Below are positions 1 through 8,170 of a DNA stretch of 64,000 bases, in pieces. The notes beneath the pieces are model-generated. The model was not told where the DNA came from. It saw nothing but the letters and a program-made list of their open reading frames with translations, and did no database searches. The DNA is from Lachnospiraceae bacterium (lineage in GTDB: Bacteria > Bacillota > Clostridia > Lachnospirales > Lachnospiraceae), in assembly GCA_017622875.1 (NCBI GenBank), contig JAGAQG010000030.1:211-64210 (forward strand), written 5' to 3'. Made by a program: the position numbers and the translations under genes. Each line of letters opens with the position of its first letter. The first letter of the stretch is position 1.

Positions 1-505
1 TTCATGGATATGCGGAGTAGCTTCATCAAGATGTAAAGCCCAGTCCAAAATATGAACATGAGAACCATATCGTTTATTAAATTCCTCAAAGTATTCCGCA
101 CTAATCTGAGCAAGCACATCAGCGGAAACTGTTCCGTCAATGTTGCCAAGCTGTAGCAAAGTTTCTTCCGGACACGTTTTATTATTTTCAAGAATACCGT
201 CAATAGATTTCACTCTGTCATAATGTCTTGCCTTTCTATTTCTTTCGTTCTGCCCGTCTACATGATCTGAATAATTCTCAACATAGTAGGCTTTCTCCAC
301 TTCCGAAAAAGTGAACCTTGCCCTTTCGTTCTCATCATTCGGCAGACTGTAACCCTGATAGCAGTCCCAATAGACATTGAATTTTGTCCTCTCTGCGTCA
401 ATATGCTCACTATTCTCCACATCAAATCTGCGGTCATTATGCTTAGCATCATAAGTCCCATGCTTACCTGATCTTCCATTGTGTCTGGTAGCTTTCATAA
501 CCATC
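1..505 (-). CDS. MobV / Mob_Pre family relaxase, N-terminal part (3' end runs off the window)
   Basis: Own reverse-strand translation from ATG 505 (or 499), preceded by GAAAGGAAAG: MVMKATRHNGRSGKHGTYDAKHNDRRFDVENSEHIDAERTKFN...HILDWALHLDEATPHIHE. It contains HN(D/E)R-like and HxDE..PHxH relaxase motifs. It is absent from the ORF track because it is open at the window edge. Confidence 0.8.
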
Positions 506-584
506 TTTCCTTTCATATTCTGACAAAAAAAGACCAAGTAAATTTCTCTACTCAGTCTGTTAATAGCAACAATATTTAATTATT

Positions 585-790
585 TTCCCGAAGGGAATTG
601 CAACGAAGTTGCCAAAACTTGTGAAGCTCTGCTACAAGTAATACCCAGTACTTAGTGGCGAAACGCCACTAACTGGGCAATGGTTGCACCCTTGACCGGC
701 TAAGGCGCTTCGCCCTTAACCCGAGCGGAGTCTTTCTCCTGCACCTTGCGTAAGGCTCTGCCTTTACAATCCGCCAGAGGTTGCACCTCT
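585..790. other. Hairpin-dense non-coding stretch upstream of mob; candidate oriT (RS_A-like)
   Basis: Stem-loops: TTCCC-GAA-GGGAA (585-597), GCAAC-GAA-GTTGC (600-612), ACTTGT-N11-ACAAGT (617-639), CCCAGTACTTAGTGGCG-AAA-CGCCACTAA-CTGGG (644-677). Direct repeat GGTTGCACC at 682-690 and 779-787. MobV oriT sites normally lie directly upstream of mob. Confidence 0.4.
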
Positions 791-916
791 GTACTCTGCT
801 CCAAAGAAATATATCCCTTCTTAATTCTATTTTTGATATAATCATAACGTCTTGAACGATTCGACAAACTGAAAGTTTCGCGTCTTTGACAAATTGGGAT
901 TTATAGACCTCATCCT

Positions 917-1498
917 TCAAAGGCCAAATGAAGCTACTATTGCTTTTATAATAAATACTACTCCTATTGCTATTGCACACGAAACAAATATTAATGCAAA
1001 TTTTGATATCTTACGATTTTTTCTGGCTTTCTCAATCGCTCCTGTTGTATAAAGCAAAATCGTGATTGGTGTAACAAAAACTAATGTAAGACTGTATGAT
1101 GATAAATACCTTAGCAATGTATGTTTTTCAGGCATTCCCCCAAAATCAAGGATGCAATATATCATCAACGCAATTACACCAATAATACTTTGACTTTGTA
1201 TTTTTTTAATGAGGTTCTCTTTTTCAAAGTCTGCATACGCTGATAATGTTTGTGCAACTTCTTTTACTTCTTCATTCATCTTCTCGTTTTTCCTTTCTCC
1301 ATTCACAATTTCAGGAATACTGATATCATAAAATTCTGCCAACTCAATCAGCAAACTAATGTCTGGCATATTATTTCCCGTCTCCCAACGAGATACCGTC
1401 CTCACTGAAACATTCAATTTCTCTGCAAGCATTTCTTGTGTGATACCTTTTTCTTTTCTAAGATTTTTCAAAAAGTTTCCAATCTTTTTTTGTTCCAT
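917..1498 (-). CDS. XRE-family HTH regulator with C-terminal transmembrane segments
   Basis: MEQKKIGNFLKNLRKEKGITQEMLAEKLNVSVRTVSRWETG is a Cro/C1-type HTH. The C-terminal half has 3-4 hydrophobic helices. RBS AAAGGAGGAAG precedes ATG 1498, so the upstream-extended ORF start at 1516 is rejected. Confidence 0.8.
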   Translation of the reverse strand: MEQKKIGNFLKNLRKEKGITQEMLAEKLNVSVRTVSRWETGNNMPDISLLIELAEFYDISIPEIVNGERKNEKMNEEVKEVAQTLSAYADFEKENLIKKIQSQSIIGVIALMIYCILDFGGMPEKHTLLRYLSSYSLTLVFVTPITILLYTTGAIEKARKNRKISKFALIFVSCAIAIGVVFIIKAIVASFGL

Positions 1499-1675
1499 CT
1501 TGCTTCCTCCTTTCACTTGCAGAATACTCTTTGTTGTTCATATATTACACGACACAAAACGAGAAAAATGCCATATTTAGTAATTAGACAACCTTGTCGG
1601 ATAAAAATATATGAATTTATCAATTCGTAAAATTCAAATCTTCAGTTGCTTCCAAACACTTCATAATCTTGGAAT

Positions 1676-1963
1676 TTATACGTCAGCTCCCATACCTTTG
1701 AGGGTGTTGACAAAACGCTTTCTGTTGAAAAACACCGCAAACTTGTATTCATTTCCATTTCGCATTTTTACCGTGACCGTTGGCAAAATAAAAAGCCACC
1801 CTTTCGTCACTTCACTAATATCTTCGTATTTCAATACTAAATGTCTGTATTCCTGGGATATTGTTAATTTACCTGTATGGTAAGTAATTGCTTCTGAATC
1901 TGCAACAATACCACCACCGAGAATTCCGTGTTTCACTAAACTAACAATAAAGTATTTCTTCAT
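1676..1963 (-). CDS. Small hypothetical protein, bacterial PH/GRAM-like
   Basis: 95-aa ORF from ATG 1963 with RBS GGTGGAGAA upstream. The fold assignment is only a pattern impression (beta-rich, ...GKLTISQEYRHLVLKYEDISEVTKG...). Confidence 0.5.
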   Translation of the reverse strand: MKKYFIVSLVKHGILGGGIVADSEAITYHTGKLTISQEYRHLVLKYEDISEVTKGWLFILPTVTVKMRNGNEYKFAVFFNRKRFVNTLKGMGADV

Positions 1964-2156
1964 GCGTATATTCTCCACCAACTTCCGATTTGTTGTTTTA
2001 AATTATACATCTACTAGCACGGAATATCTACCATTTTCAAAAGAATTTCCAGAACCTTTCCTAGAAATAAAATATATTAGGATACTGTATTGCATAAGCT
2101 CCCGCTTTTTCTCTTCAATTCTGCAACTACTGTACCGTAATAAAATACCATTCATT

Positions 2157-4547
2157 CTAGGCACTCTGTTCATTTTTCTTAGCATGATACGCTTCACGTC
2201 TCTTAGCCAAGGTCTTTTCATATCTCTCTTTTGCAATAGGATCTCCGTTTAATGCATCGTCACGCATTTTCCGATAACTCTTTACTGTGGCTCTAACCTG
2301 ATACTGTTTATGCTCTGCAAGCTGGCTCTGTGCTTCCTGATCTCCGGCTTCTGCCCGAGCCTTCAAAGTTTCTAACTGCTCCTTTCTTCTTGCGGTATGA
2401 CGTCTGTTATAGTCTGCATTTCTCTCTTCAAGATATTTTGCATATTCAGGATCATTTTCTGCTCTTAATTTGCGTTTTTCTGCTGATTTCCTAGAACGCT
2501 CCCTAGCAATAGCCCTACGCTCCTCTAGCTCTCTGATAGCTTCCTGATTGCCTTTCTCTGCCTGCTCCTTTAATTCTGCCAAAGCAACCTTTTTCTTCCT
2601 TGTAGCACGTTCCTGACGCTTCTTTTCCCTTTCCAAAGCCAAGCGTTCTTTCTCTTCCATCTTTGCCCGATATTCAGGGTCAGCCATTCTCAATTTACGC
2701 ATTTTTTCTGCTTGCTTACGATTGTTCTGCCTACCCTTTTCAAGAATTGCTTCATATTCTGCCTTTGCAATAGGATCTCCGGCTTCTGCCTTTGCCTTGA
2801 TTTCTGCTCGCTTCTGATTTCTTTTCTGCGTAGATTTCTTAGAAGAATTTCTCTTTCTTTCTGCAATCTCTTCCGCTCTGCGTGCTTCCTCTAACTGCAA
2901 GGCTTCCACTTCGTCCTCACTGAGTGGGAGAACGAAATTTCCAATGAAATTGAAGTAAATATCCACTTGCTGAGTGCGGTCTTTTGTTCTGCCACCCACA
3001 GCTTCATGAATTACAACCTTTTCAATAAAATCATTAAGCATAGGTGTTGTCAGTTCCTCAAAATCTCGGTATTTCTTGACCAGTCGCACAAATTTGTCAA
3101 TCTGCACTGCCTTAGTGGATATACGTTCTGTAGCAGTTTCAAGTTCTGAAATTCTCTGCTCTAGGTTACTTTGCTCGGTGTCATATTCTGTCATAAGACG
3201 GTTAAACTGTCTCTCAGGCAATCGTCCCAAAGTGAAATTTTCATATAATCCCTTTATCAGATCATCTAAATCTATCATACGACGCTTAGCTTCCAATAAC
3301 TCCCTTTTGTCATTGGTATTGTCCTTTTCACACTGTATTTCATACTGTGCCTTCAACTGTTCCACAAATTCCTTTTCATCATTCAGGACATACTGTGAAA
3401 CACGCTTAGTTGCCTGATAAATCAGCATTTCTACTGTACTTGCCTTAATATAATGACCAGTACATGAATGATATTTATTGTGATACCGGCTACATCGGAA
3501 TGCCTGATTACTGTCATAGGTCTTTCCATCTTTCGACTGAGAATTGATAAATGCCAGTCTGCTTCCACAATCCGCACAATAAAGCATTCCTGACAGCCTA
3601 TGTGTAGGCTTTTCACTGTTCCGTCTCGGAGAAACTCGTTTTCTCATTTTCTGTGCCTTATCATAAGTTTCCTGATCTATGATAGCTTCATGGGTATTAT
3701 AGAAAATAAGCAGCTCGTCCTCATTCACAACTCTTTTTCGTTTCGTCTTAAAACTGTCTTTTGCTGTCTTGCCAAGAATGGTATGCCCCAAATACTCACG
3801 TCTACTCAGAATATAGCCGACTGTTGTTGCATTCCATGTATAAGCATCATGGTATCTCGTACACTGGCAATCCTCAGGGTGGTTCTGTCTCGCATAAGCT
3901 GACGGAATAAGCACTTTATCCTCTGACAAGGTATCTGCTATTGCAGTTGCTCCCATTCCCTCGCAAGCAAGCTGAAAAATGCGTCTGACAACCGAAGCAG
4001 AAACTTCGTCAACATACAAGGTCTGCTTATCCTCAGGCTTTCTGTAATATCCATAAGGAACAGCACCGCTGACACGCTTTCCGTCTCTCATTCTAGCCTT
4101 AAATACTGCCTTGATTTTCTTACTCGTGTCCTTTGCATACCATTCATTCATAATATTCAGGAATGGTGTAAAGTCATTATCTGTAGGATTAGCACTGTCA
4201 ACTCCATTGTTAACTGCGATAAAACGGACACCTTTCTTTGGAAACATCATTTCAGTATAAAAACCTACTTGCAGATAGTTTCTGCCAAATCGTGACATAT
4301 CCTTGACAATCACTGTTCCAACTCTTCCGGCTTCAATCTCTGCCAAAAGTGCATTGAATGCTGGTCTGTTAAAATTTGTTCCTGAATATCCATCATCACT
4401 GAAATGCCGAATATTCTCGAAACCATTTTGTACCGCATAGTCTTCAAGATATTGCTTCTGATTTGTTATGGAGTTCGATTCTCCTTGAATCTCATCATCA
4501 CGAGACAGACGCTCATAAAGTGCTGTTATTCTGTTATCTTTAGCCAT
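2157..4547 (-). CDS. Large serine recombinase (TnpX/TndX-like) with about 250-aa repetitive K/E/R-rich C-terminal tail
   Basis: MAKDNRITALYERLSRDDEIQGESNSITNQKQYLE...VIVKDMSRFGRNY is a resolvase catalytic domain, followed by a recombinase domain and a zinc-ribbon domain (CADCGSRL...CSRY..H.C). RBS AAAGGAG lies 8 nt upstream of ATG 4547. Confidence 0.9.
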   Translation of the reverse strand: MAKDNRITALYERLSRDDEIQGESNSITNQKQYLEDYAVQNGFENIRHFSDDGYSGTNFNRPAFNALLAEIEAGRVGTVIVKDMSRFGRNYLQVGFYTEMMFPKKGVRFIAVNNGVDSANPTDNDFTPFLNIMNEWYAKDTSKKIKAVFKARMRDGKRVSGAVPYGYYRKPEDKQTLYVDEVSASVVRRIFQLACEGMGATAIADTLSEDKVLIPSAYARQNHPEDCQCTRYHDAYTWNATTVGYILSRREYLGHTILGKTAKDSFKTKRKRVVNEDELLIFYNTHEAIIDQETYDKAQKMRKRVSPRRNSEKPTHRLSGMLYCADCGSRLAFINSQSKDGKTYDSNQAFRCSRYHNKYHSCTGHYIKASTVEMLIYQATKRVSQYVLNDEKEFVEQLKAQYEIQCEKDNTNDKRELLEAKRRMIDLDDLIKGLYENFTLGRLPERQFNRLMTEYDTEQSNLEQRISELETATERISTKAVQIDKFVRLVKKYRDFEELTTPMLNDFIEKVVIHEAVGGRTKDRTQQVDIYFNFIGNFVLPLSEDEVEALQLEEARRAEEIAERKRNSSKKSTQKRNQKRAEIKAKAEAGDPIAKAEYEAILEKGRQNNRKQAEKMRKLRMADPEYRAKMEEKERLALEREKKRQERATRKKKVALAELKEQAEKGNQEAIRELEERRAIARERSRKSAEKRKLRAENDPEYAKYLEERNADYNRRHTARRKEQLETLKARAEAGDQEAQSQLAEHKQYQVRATVKSYRKMRDDALNGDPIAKERYEKTLAKRREAYHAKKNEQSA

Positions 4548-4585
4548 TTTCTCAGCTCCTTTCATAATGCTAAAAAATAAGAACA

Positions 4586-4626
4586 CACAGAAAATACTTC
4601 ATTTTTTAATGACATATTTTCTCTGT
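4586..4626. repeat. Imperfect inverted repeat at the recombinase-proximal transposon end
   Basis: CACAGAAAATA ... TATTTTCTCTG, lying between the recombinase start (4547) and the point where T4CP homology ends. Confidence 0.4.
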
Positions 4627-5168
4627 ATTCTTAAAATGTAACCCTTAGGGTCAGTCACAACATAACTGGAGTGCATTTGAAGCAAATTAGGCTTCAGCCA
4701 GAAACGGGTCTTACCGGAGCCGGAGCCGCCGATGATTAAGACGTTCTTGTTTCGGGCATTGGCAGGATTCTTCGGACGATTGGACATCATCAATCTCTCC
4801 GTCTTGGTGAGAATGATATTGTCCTCGAACTTCGGAGCCATGAACGGCTCAATATCCTTTGCCGTACCCCAGCGGGCTGAACCATACTCAACATTGTGTC
4901 GGTACTTTTTGGCGTTCTTTCCTTTAAGGTAGACTGCCAATCGCATCATACCGCCGCAGGCAATACCTACAAGCAGGTCTGATGGATGAAAGCTCGGCAA
5001 CGGATTGGAAAGTGCCACGGAGAAGGTACTAAAAAAGCCGAGGAGCTTTGCAGAAAAATCTGCGCCCTCGGCTAATCGCCACGCTTCACCTAAATTGGTT
5101 GCGAATAATCCCACAAGGAAATATGGGACATTCAGGATCAGGAGTCGTTTTATCTTTTTCTTGTCCAT
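4599..5168 (-). pseudogene. Truncated VirD4/TraG-type type IV coupling protein (first ~176 aa only)
   Basis: N-terminal TM helices, Walker A IIGGSGSGKT and ...SSYVVTDPKG, followed by 13 unrelated codons (YILRIQRKYVIKK) and a stop. Intact homologues are about 600 aa. Confidence 0.8.
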
Positions 5169-5644
5169 TACAGATCACGCTCCTGTTTCTTCTCTCTAAT
5201 TTTCTTCGGAATGGAAGCAACAACAGCTTTGAGCTTCTGAAGCTGTTTGAGTACACTTGGACGTTTTTCCTGATTCATGTGCTTCGCCATGTGTTCCTTG
5301 GTAATAGCGTCCAGAACATCAGCGTCTTTTGCTTTCACGAAGACGAGATAGCGGGGTGGATCTACTGATTTATCTTTCCTTACGGCAAAATCCACTCCGT
5401 ATTTTTTCGCCAATCGCTCAAAATCTTTGATTTCGCTCTTGTCGATTTCGGTGTTGGTAGCACCCTGGTTCTGTCCCAGAAGCTCTTTCACCGTCTGTTT
5501 ACCGTGAGGGCGTGTGTCTTTGTGTGCTTTGACCTTTTCCCGGTGTTGCAAATACTTGCGAATACCGGCGACGATACTTCGGCCTGTCAGCTTGGTCGTG
5601 CTGATGGCAAGATTTATCGTCCTGTTTTCAACTTCTTCCTGCAT
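5168..5644 (-). CDS. DUF3801 / PcfB-like conjugation accessory protein
   Basis: 158 aa with RBS AGGAGGTGA. It sits immediately upstream of, and overlaps, the T4CP start, as is typical in Firmicutes ICEs. The family was recalled from sequence pattern only. Confidence 0.65.
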   Translation of the reverse strand: MQEEVENRTINLAISTTKLTGRSIVAGIRKYLQHREKVKAHKDTRPHGKQTVKELLGQNQGATNTEIDKSEIKDFERLAKKYGVDFAVRKDKSVDPPRYLVFVKAKDADVLDAITKEHMAKHMNQEKRPSVLKQLQKLKAVVASIPKKIREKKQERDL

Positions 5645-5677
5645 GAATCATCACCTCCTGCAAGCAGTAGAATGAAA

Positions 5678-5989
5678 TCATCGTGCTGTATCCTTACGGT
5701 CGTAGTAAAGGTTGCCCTTTCCAACAGCAGCATGGCTGATAATCTTAATGTGACCGGCTTTCTGGTTTTCCAGAGCTTTCTTATACCCGAAATCACTCAG
5801 ATACAGGCGTGTTCTTTCGCCCTTCCATCCAACAGGGGAATCATGGGTCAGAACATCAAAAATAATCATGTGCTTTGTGTTTTCGTCAAAACGAGCCAAG
5901 TCCATATAGGTGTGTCCATGGTATTCCTTTGCACCGGCTTTCAGGCGCATTTCTTCCATCAACTCACCAATCGTTTTTCCACCAGCCAT
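5678..5989 (-). CDS. Hypothetical ICE protein (103 aa)
   Basis: ATG 5989 is preceded by AAGGTGG. It overlaps the upstream stop by 11 nt (coupled). No recognisable motif. Confidence 0.5.
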   Translation of the reverse strand: MAGGKTIGELMEEMRLKAGAKEYHGHTYMDLARFDENTKHMIIFDVLTHDSPVGWKGERTRLYLSDFGYKKALENQKAGHIKIISHAAVGKGNLYYDRKDTAR

Positions 5990-5999
5990 AGATGCCACC

Positions 6000-6641
6000 T
6001 TACAGCACATCCCTGTCAGGAGCAGACTTCTTGGGAGTCATATCTGCTTTTTCAGGAGCATCAGGCTTCTTCACTCGGTCATCGGGTACAGGCAGAGCCA
6101 TAAGGCTGCGTCCCATCTTCACGAACATTTCGGGCTGATGGAACATCTTCTCGAACTTCTGCATCTGTTCAGGTGTAAGCGAACCAAAGTCATCCTCTGT
6201 CAGACCGGTAATAAGAAAATCACCAGCGAGAATGTCGTAGATCTGACCTTCATCATCACGCAGACAACGGTTCAATTCACTGCCGTTGAGCTTACCTTCC
6301 TCGTTGCAGATAATCGCAACAGGGTCTTCAAACGGATACACAGCCTGAATGCAGCCACCGACAGCAGCCTGCAAGTCCTCTAACTCACAGCCAATCTGTA
6401 CCTGCTGGGGATACATACCGGGCTTCACCAGAAGAACATCCATAGTAGGTTTCTGTTCCTGCTGGATGTCACGTTCTGCCTGTGTGGTGAACTGAACACC
6501 GGTAAAGTTCTCAGCGTCCAGGACATGCTCCGAGTTGTAATAAGCCTTTTTGACTGCTTCTTCAGCGTCCTCACGAGATTCTGCATCCACCTTCACATTC
6601 TTTTCCAACGTTTCGGTGATTGTAACGTCATACTCTTTCAT
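6000..6641 (-). CDS. DpnD/PcfM-like N-terminal domain fused to a DUF3846 domain
   Basis: MKEYDVTITETLEKNVKVDAESREDAEEAVKKAYYNSEHVLDAENF... followed by LLVKPGMYPQQVQIGCELEDLQAAVGGCIQAVYPF. RBS GGAGG. The family was recalled, not searched. Confidence 0.6.
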   Translation of the reverse strand: MKEYDVTITETLEKNVKVDAESREDAEEAVKKAYYNSEHVLDAENFTGVQFTTQAERDIQQEQKPTMDVLLVKPGMYPQQVQIGCELEDLQAAVGGCIQAVYPFEDPVAIICNEEGKLNGSELNRCLRDDEGQIYDILAGDFLITGLTEDDFGSLTPEQMQKFEKMFHQPEMFVKMGRSLMALPVPDDRVKKPDAPEKADMTPKKSAPDRDVL

Positions 6642-6659
6642 GTTATCAAACCTCCAATC

Positions 6660-7589
6660 TTAAATATTTTCAAAAAGCCAGTTCGTCAGAATATCAAAAG
6701 TTTCTTCTGAACCGCCGCTTTTTTCTTCATGGAGCAGATCATGCCTTGCACCGGAAATCAGATACATCTGAATGTGCTTCATTCCTGCTTTTGACATGGA
6801 CTGCTTTACTCGCTGAACGCCTTTACCGAAGTCTCCGACAGGATCATCTTCGCCAGAAATCAAAAGAACGGGCATCTGCTTGTTCCACTTGCGGTAGGAA
6901 GCAGGCTTGCCCGTTCTTTTCATAGAGTCCAGCAACTGCCAGAACAGACCTGCGGAAATGGTCTTTCGACAGAGAGGATCACCTCGGTATTTGATTCTCT
7001 GTGCGGTGTCAGAGCAGAGCCAGTCGACAGAAGTCATATTGGGGGCGAACTTCTGATTGTAGGTCTCAAAAGACAACTTTTTGATTTTCTGTGTGGAACT
7101 ATCAAAGCCATGTGCCTTGATTTCTCGTTTCACAACAGGCATCAGCATACTTAGGACGGCCCCAGGCTGATGACCAGTTCCCATGATGATTGCTCCATCC
7201 ACCTTATCACGATACAGACTCAGGTAATCACGAAGCAGAAAGGAACCAAGCGAAAATCCTAACATGAAATGCGGGATATTAGGGAACTTGCTTTCCAGTT
7301 CCAAATAGAACAGGTGCATATCGTGAAGTGCGTAGTTCCAACCGCCCTCACCAAAAGATGCACACTGATTATCGCCGGGATTGTGACCATGCCCACGCAG
7401 ATCAAAACCGGCAACGGCAATGCCGTAGGCAGTCAACATATCTGCCAGTTCTTCATAACGTCCGATGTGTTCTGTCATGCCATGCGTTATCTGTACAACC
7501 ATTGTGGGACTGCACATCGGATACCAGATGATGCCGGGAAGGGAAACTCCGTTGGCACCGGTAAATCGAATTTCTTTAGCTTTCATCAT
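6660..7589 (-). CDS. Alpha/beta hydrolase (lysophospholipase / monoacylglycerol-lipase-like), ICE cargo
   Basis: HGMTEHIGRYEELADML..GFDLRGHGHN, nucleophile elbow GFSLGS, C-terminal GARHDL. RBS GGAGAAG precedes ATGATG at 7589. Confidence 0.8.
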   Translation of the reverse strand: MMKAKEIRFTGANGVSLPGIIWYPMCSPTMVVQITHGMTEHIGRYEELADMLTAYGIAVAGFDLRGHGHNPGDNQCASFGEGGWNYALHDMHLFYLELESKFPNIPHFMLGFSLGSFLLRDYLSLYRDKVDGAIIMGTGHQPGAVLSMLMPVVKREIKAHGFDSSTQKIKKLSFETYNQKFAPNMTSVDWLCSDTAQRIKYRGDPLCRKTISAGLFWQLLDSMKRTGKPASYRKWNKQMPVLLISGEDDPVGDFGKGVQRVKQSMSKAGMKHIQMYLISGARHDLLHEEKSGGSEETFDILTNWLFENI

Positions 7590-7634
7590 AACTTCTCCAT
7601 GCCTTGAAATGAAAAAAGCGACCATCCATAAGCC

Positions 7635-8159
7635 TTACGGCTCACAAACAGTCGCACGATTAAGTAGCTGAGCGAACATACAAGTATCATCCAGTGCGCA
7701 GATCAAATCTTCAGGCTCGAAGAAAACATCCTCCTCGGTTCGGATGGTCTTTACATGGCGGCGATACTCTGTAATGCAATCTGCATCCTCACCGTTCTTG
7801 GTCATCGTTCCCGCATACTGAACGATTGCGAAAGTCATGTCCTCCAGGAACCACAGCTCCGTGAAAGTAACTGTGCGCATCCGCTCATTTTCGATGATGC
7901 TTTCAGGATAAGATAGGAGAATCACGCCCCTGTGCTTGAAAAGCACTCTGCCGTTGTAGTCGATACCATCACCGACACGACACACCATACGGAACTCAGG
8001 AATCGTGCCGGCATTTTCGGTGAATGCCTTTGCCAGCCACTTGGGGGAGATGTCCTCGATTTCTTCATCATAGTTTTCATACAGATTCTCCATGACCTCT
8101 GCATCAAACAGGTCAAAGAGTTTCACCAGCGCATTTTCGATTTTCTTGGGTGTAAACAT
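7635..8159 (-). CDS. Acidic hypothetical protein (174 aa)
   Basis: My count is about 34 D+E against about 18 K+R. No recognisable domain. It is coupled within the ICE operon between parB and the hydrolase. Confidence 0.6.
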   Translation of the reverse strand: MFTPKKIENALVKLFDLFDAEVMENLYENYDEEIEDISPKWLAKAFTENAGTIPEFRMVCRVGDGIDYNGRVLFKHRGVILLSYPESIIENERMRTVTFTELWFLEDMTFAIVQYAGTMTKNGEDADCITEYRRHVKTIRTEEDVFFEPEDLICALDDTCMFAQLLNRATVCEP

Positions 8160-8170
8160 TGGGTGTTACC

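Larger units (their letters stand above)
1..4630 (-). mobile_element. Right-hand part of a Tn4451/Tn4453-like mobilisable transposon (the left end is outside the window)
   Basis: Terminal large serine recombinase plus Mob/Pre relaxase with upstream oriT-like hairpins, all on one strand. It abuts a truncated T4CP gene. The right boundary is placed only approximately (4600-4645). Confidence 0.55.

Noticed and set aside
258-479. 73-aa minus-strand ORF from the track
   Set aside because: It is an alternative frame inside the MobV relaxase gene. The frame that is open to the window edge (ATG 505) carries the relaxase motifs.
860-866. Isolated perfect Spo0A box (TTCGACA) in the transposon
   Set aside because: A single 7-mer is expected by chance several times in 64 kb. 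Only the phased pair at 38423-38439 and the box embedded in the DnaA cluster were retained.
669-980. 103-aa minus-strand ORF
   Set aside because: It has no SD, reads straight through the hairpin and repeat region, and overlaps the 3' end of the XRE gene. It is most likely non-coding (oriT-like) DNA.
4548-4586. Upstream-extended start of the recombinase ORF (809 aa)
   Set aside because: AAAGGAG sits 8 nt before ATG 4547, and the conserved resolvase N-terminus (MAKDNRITALYERLSRDD) begins there.
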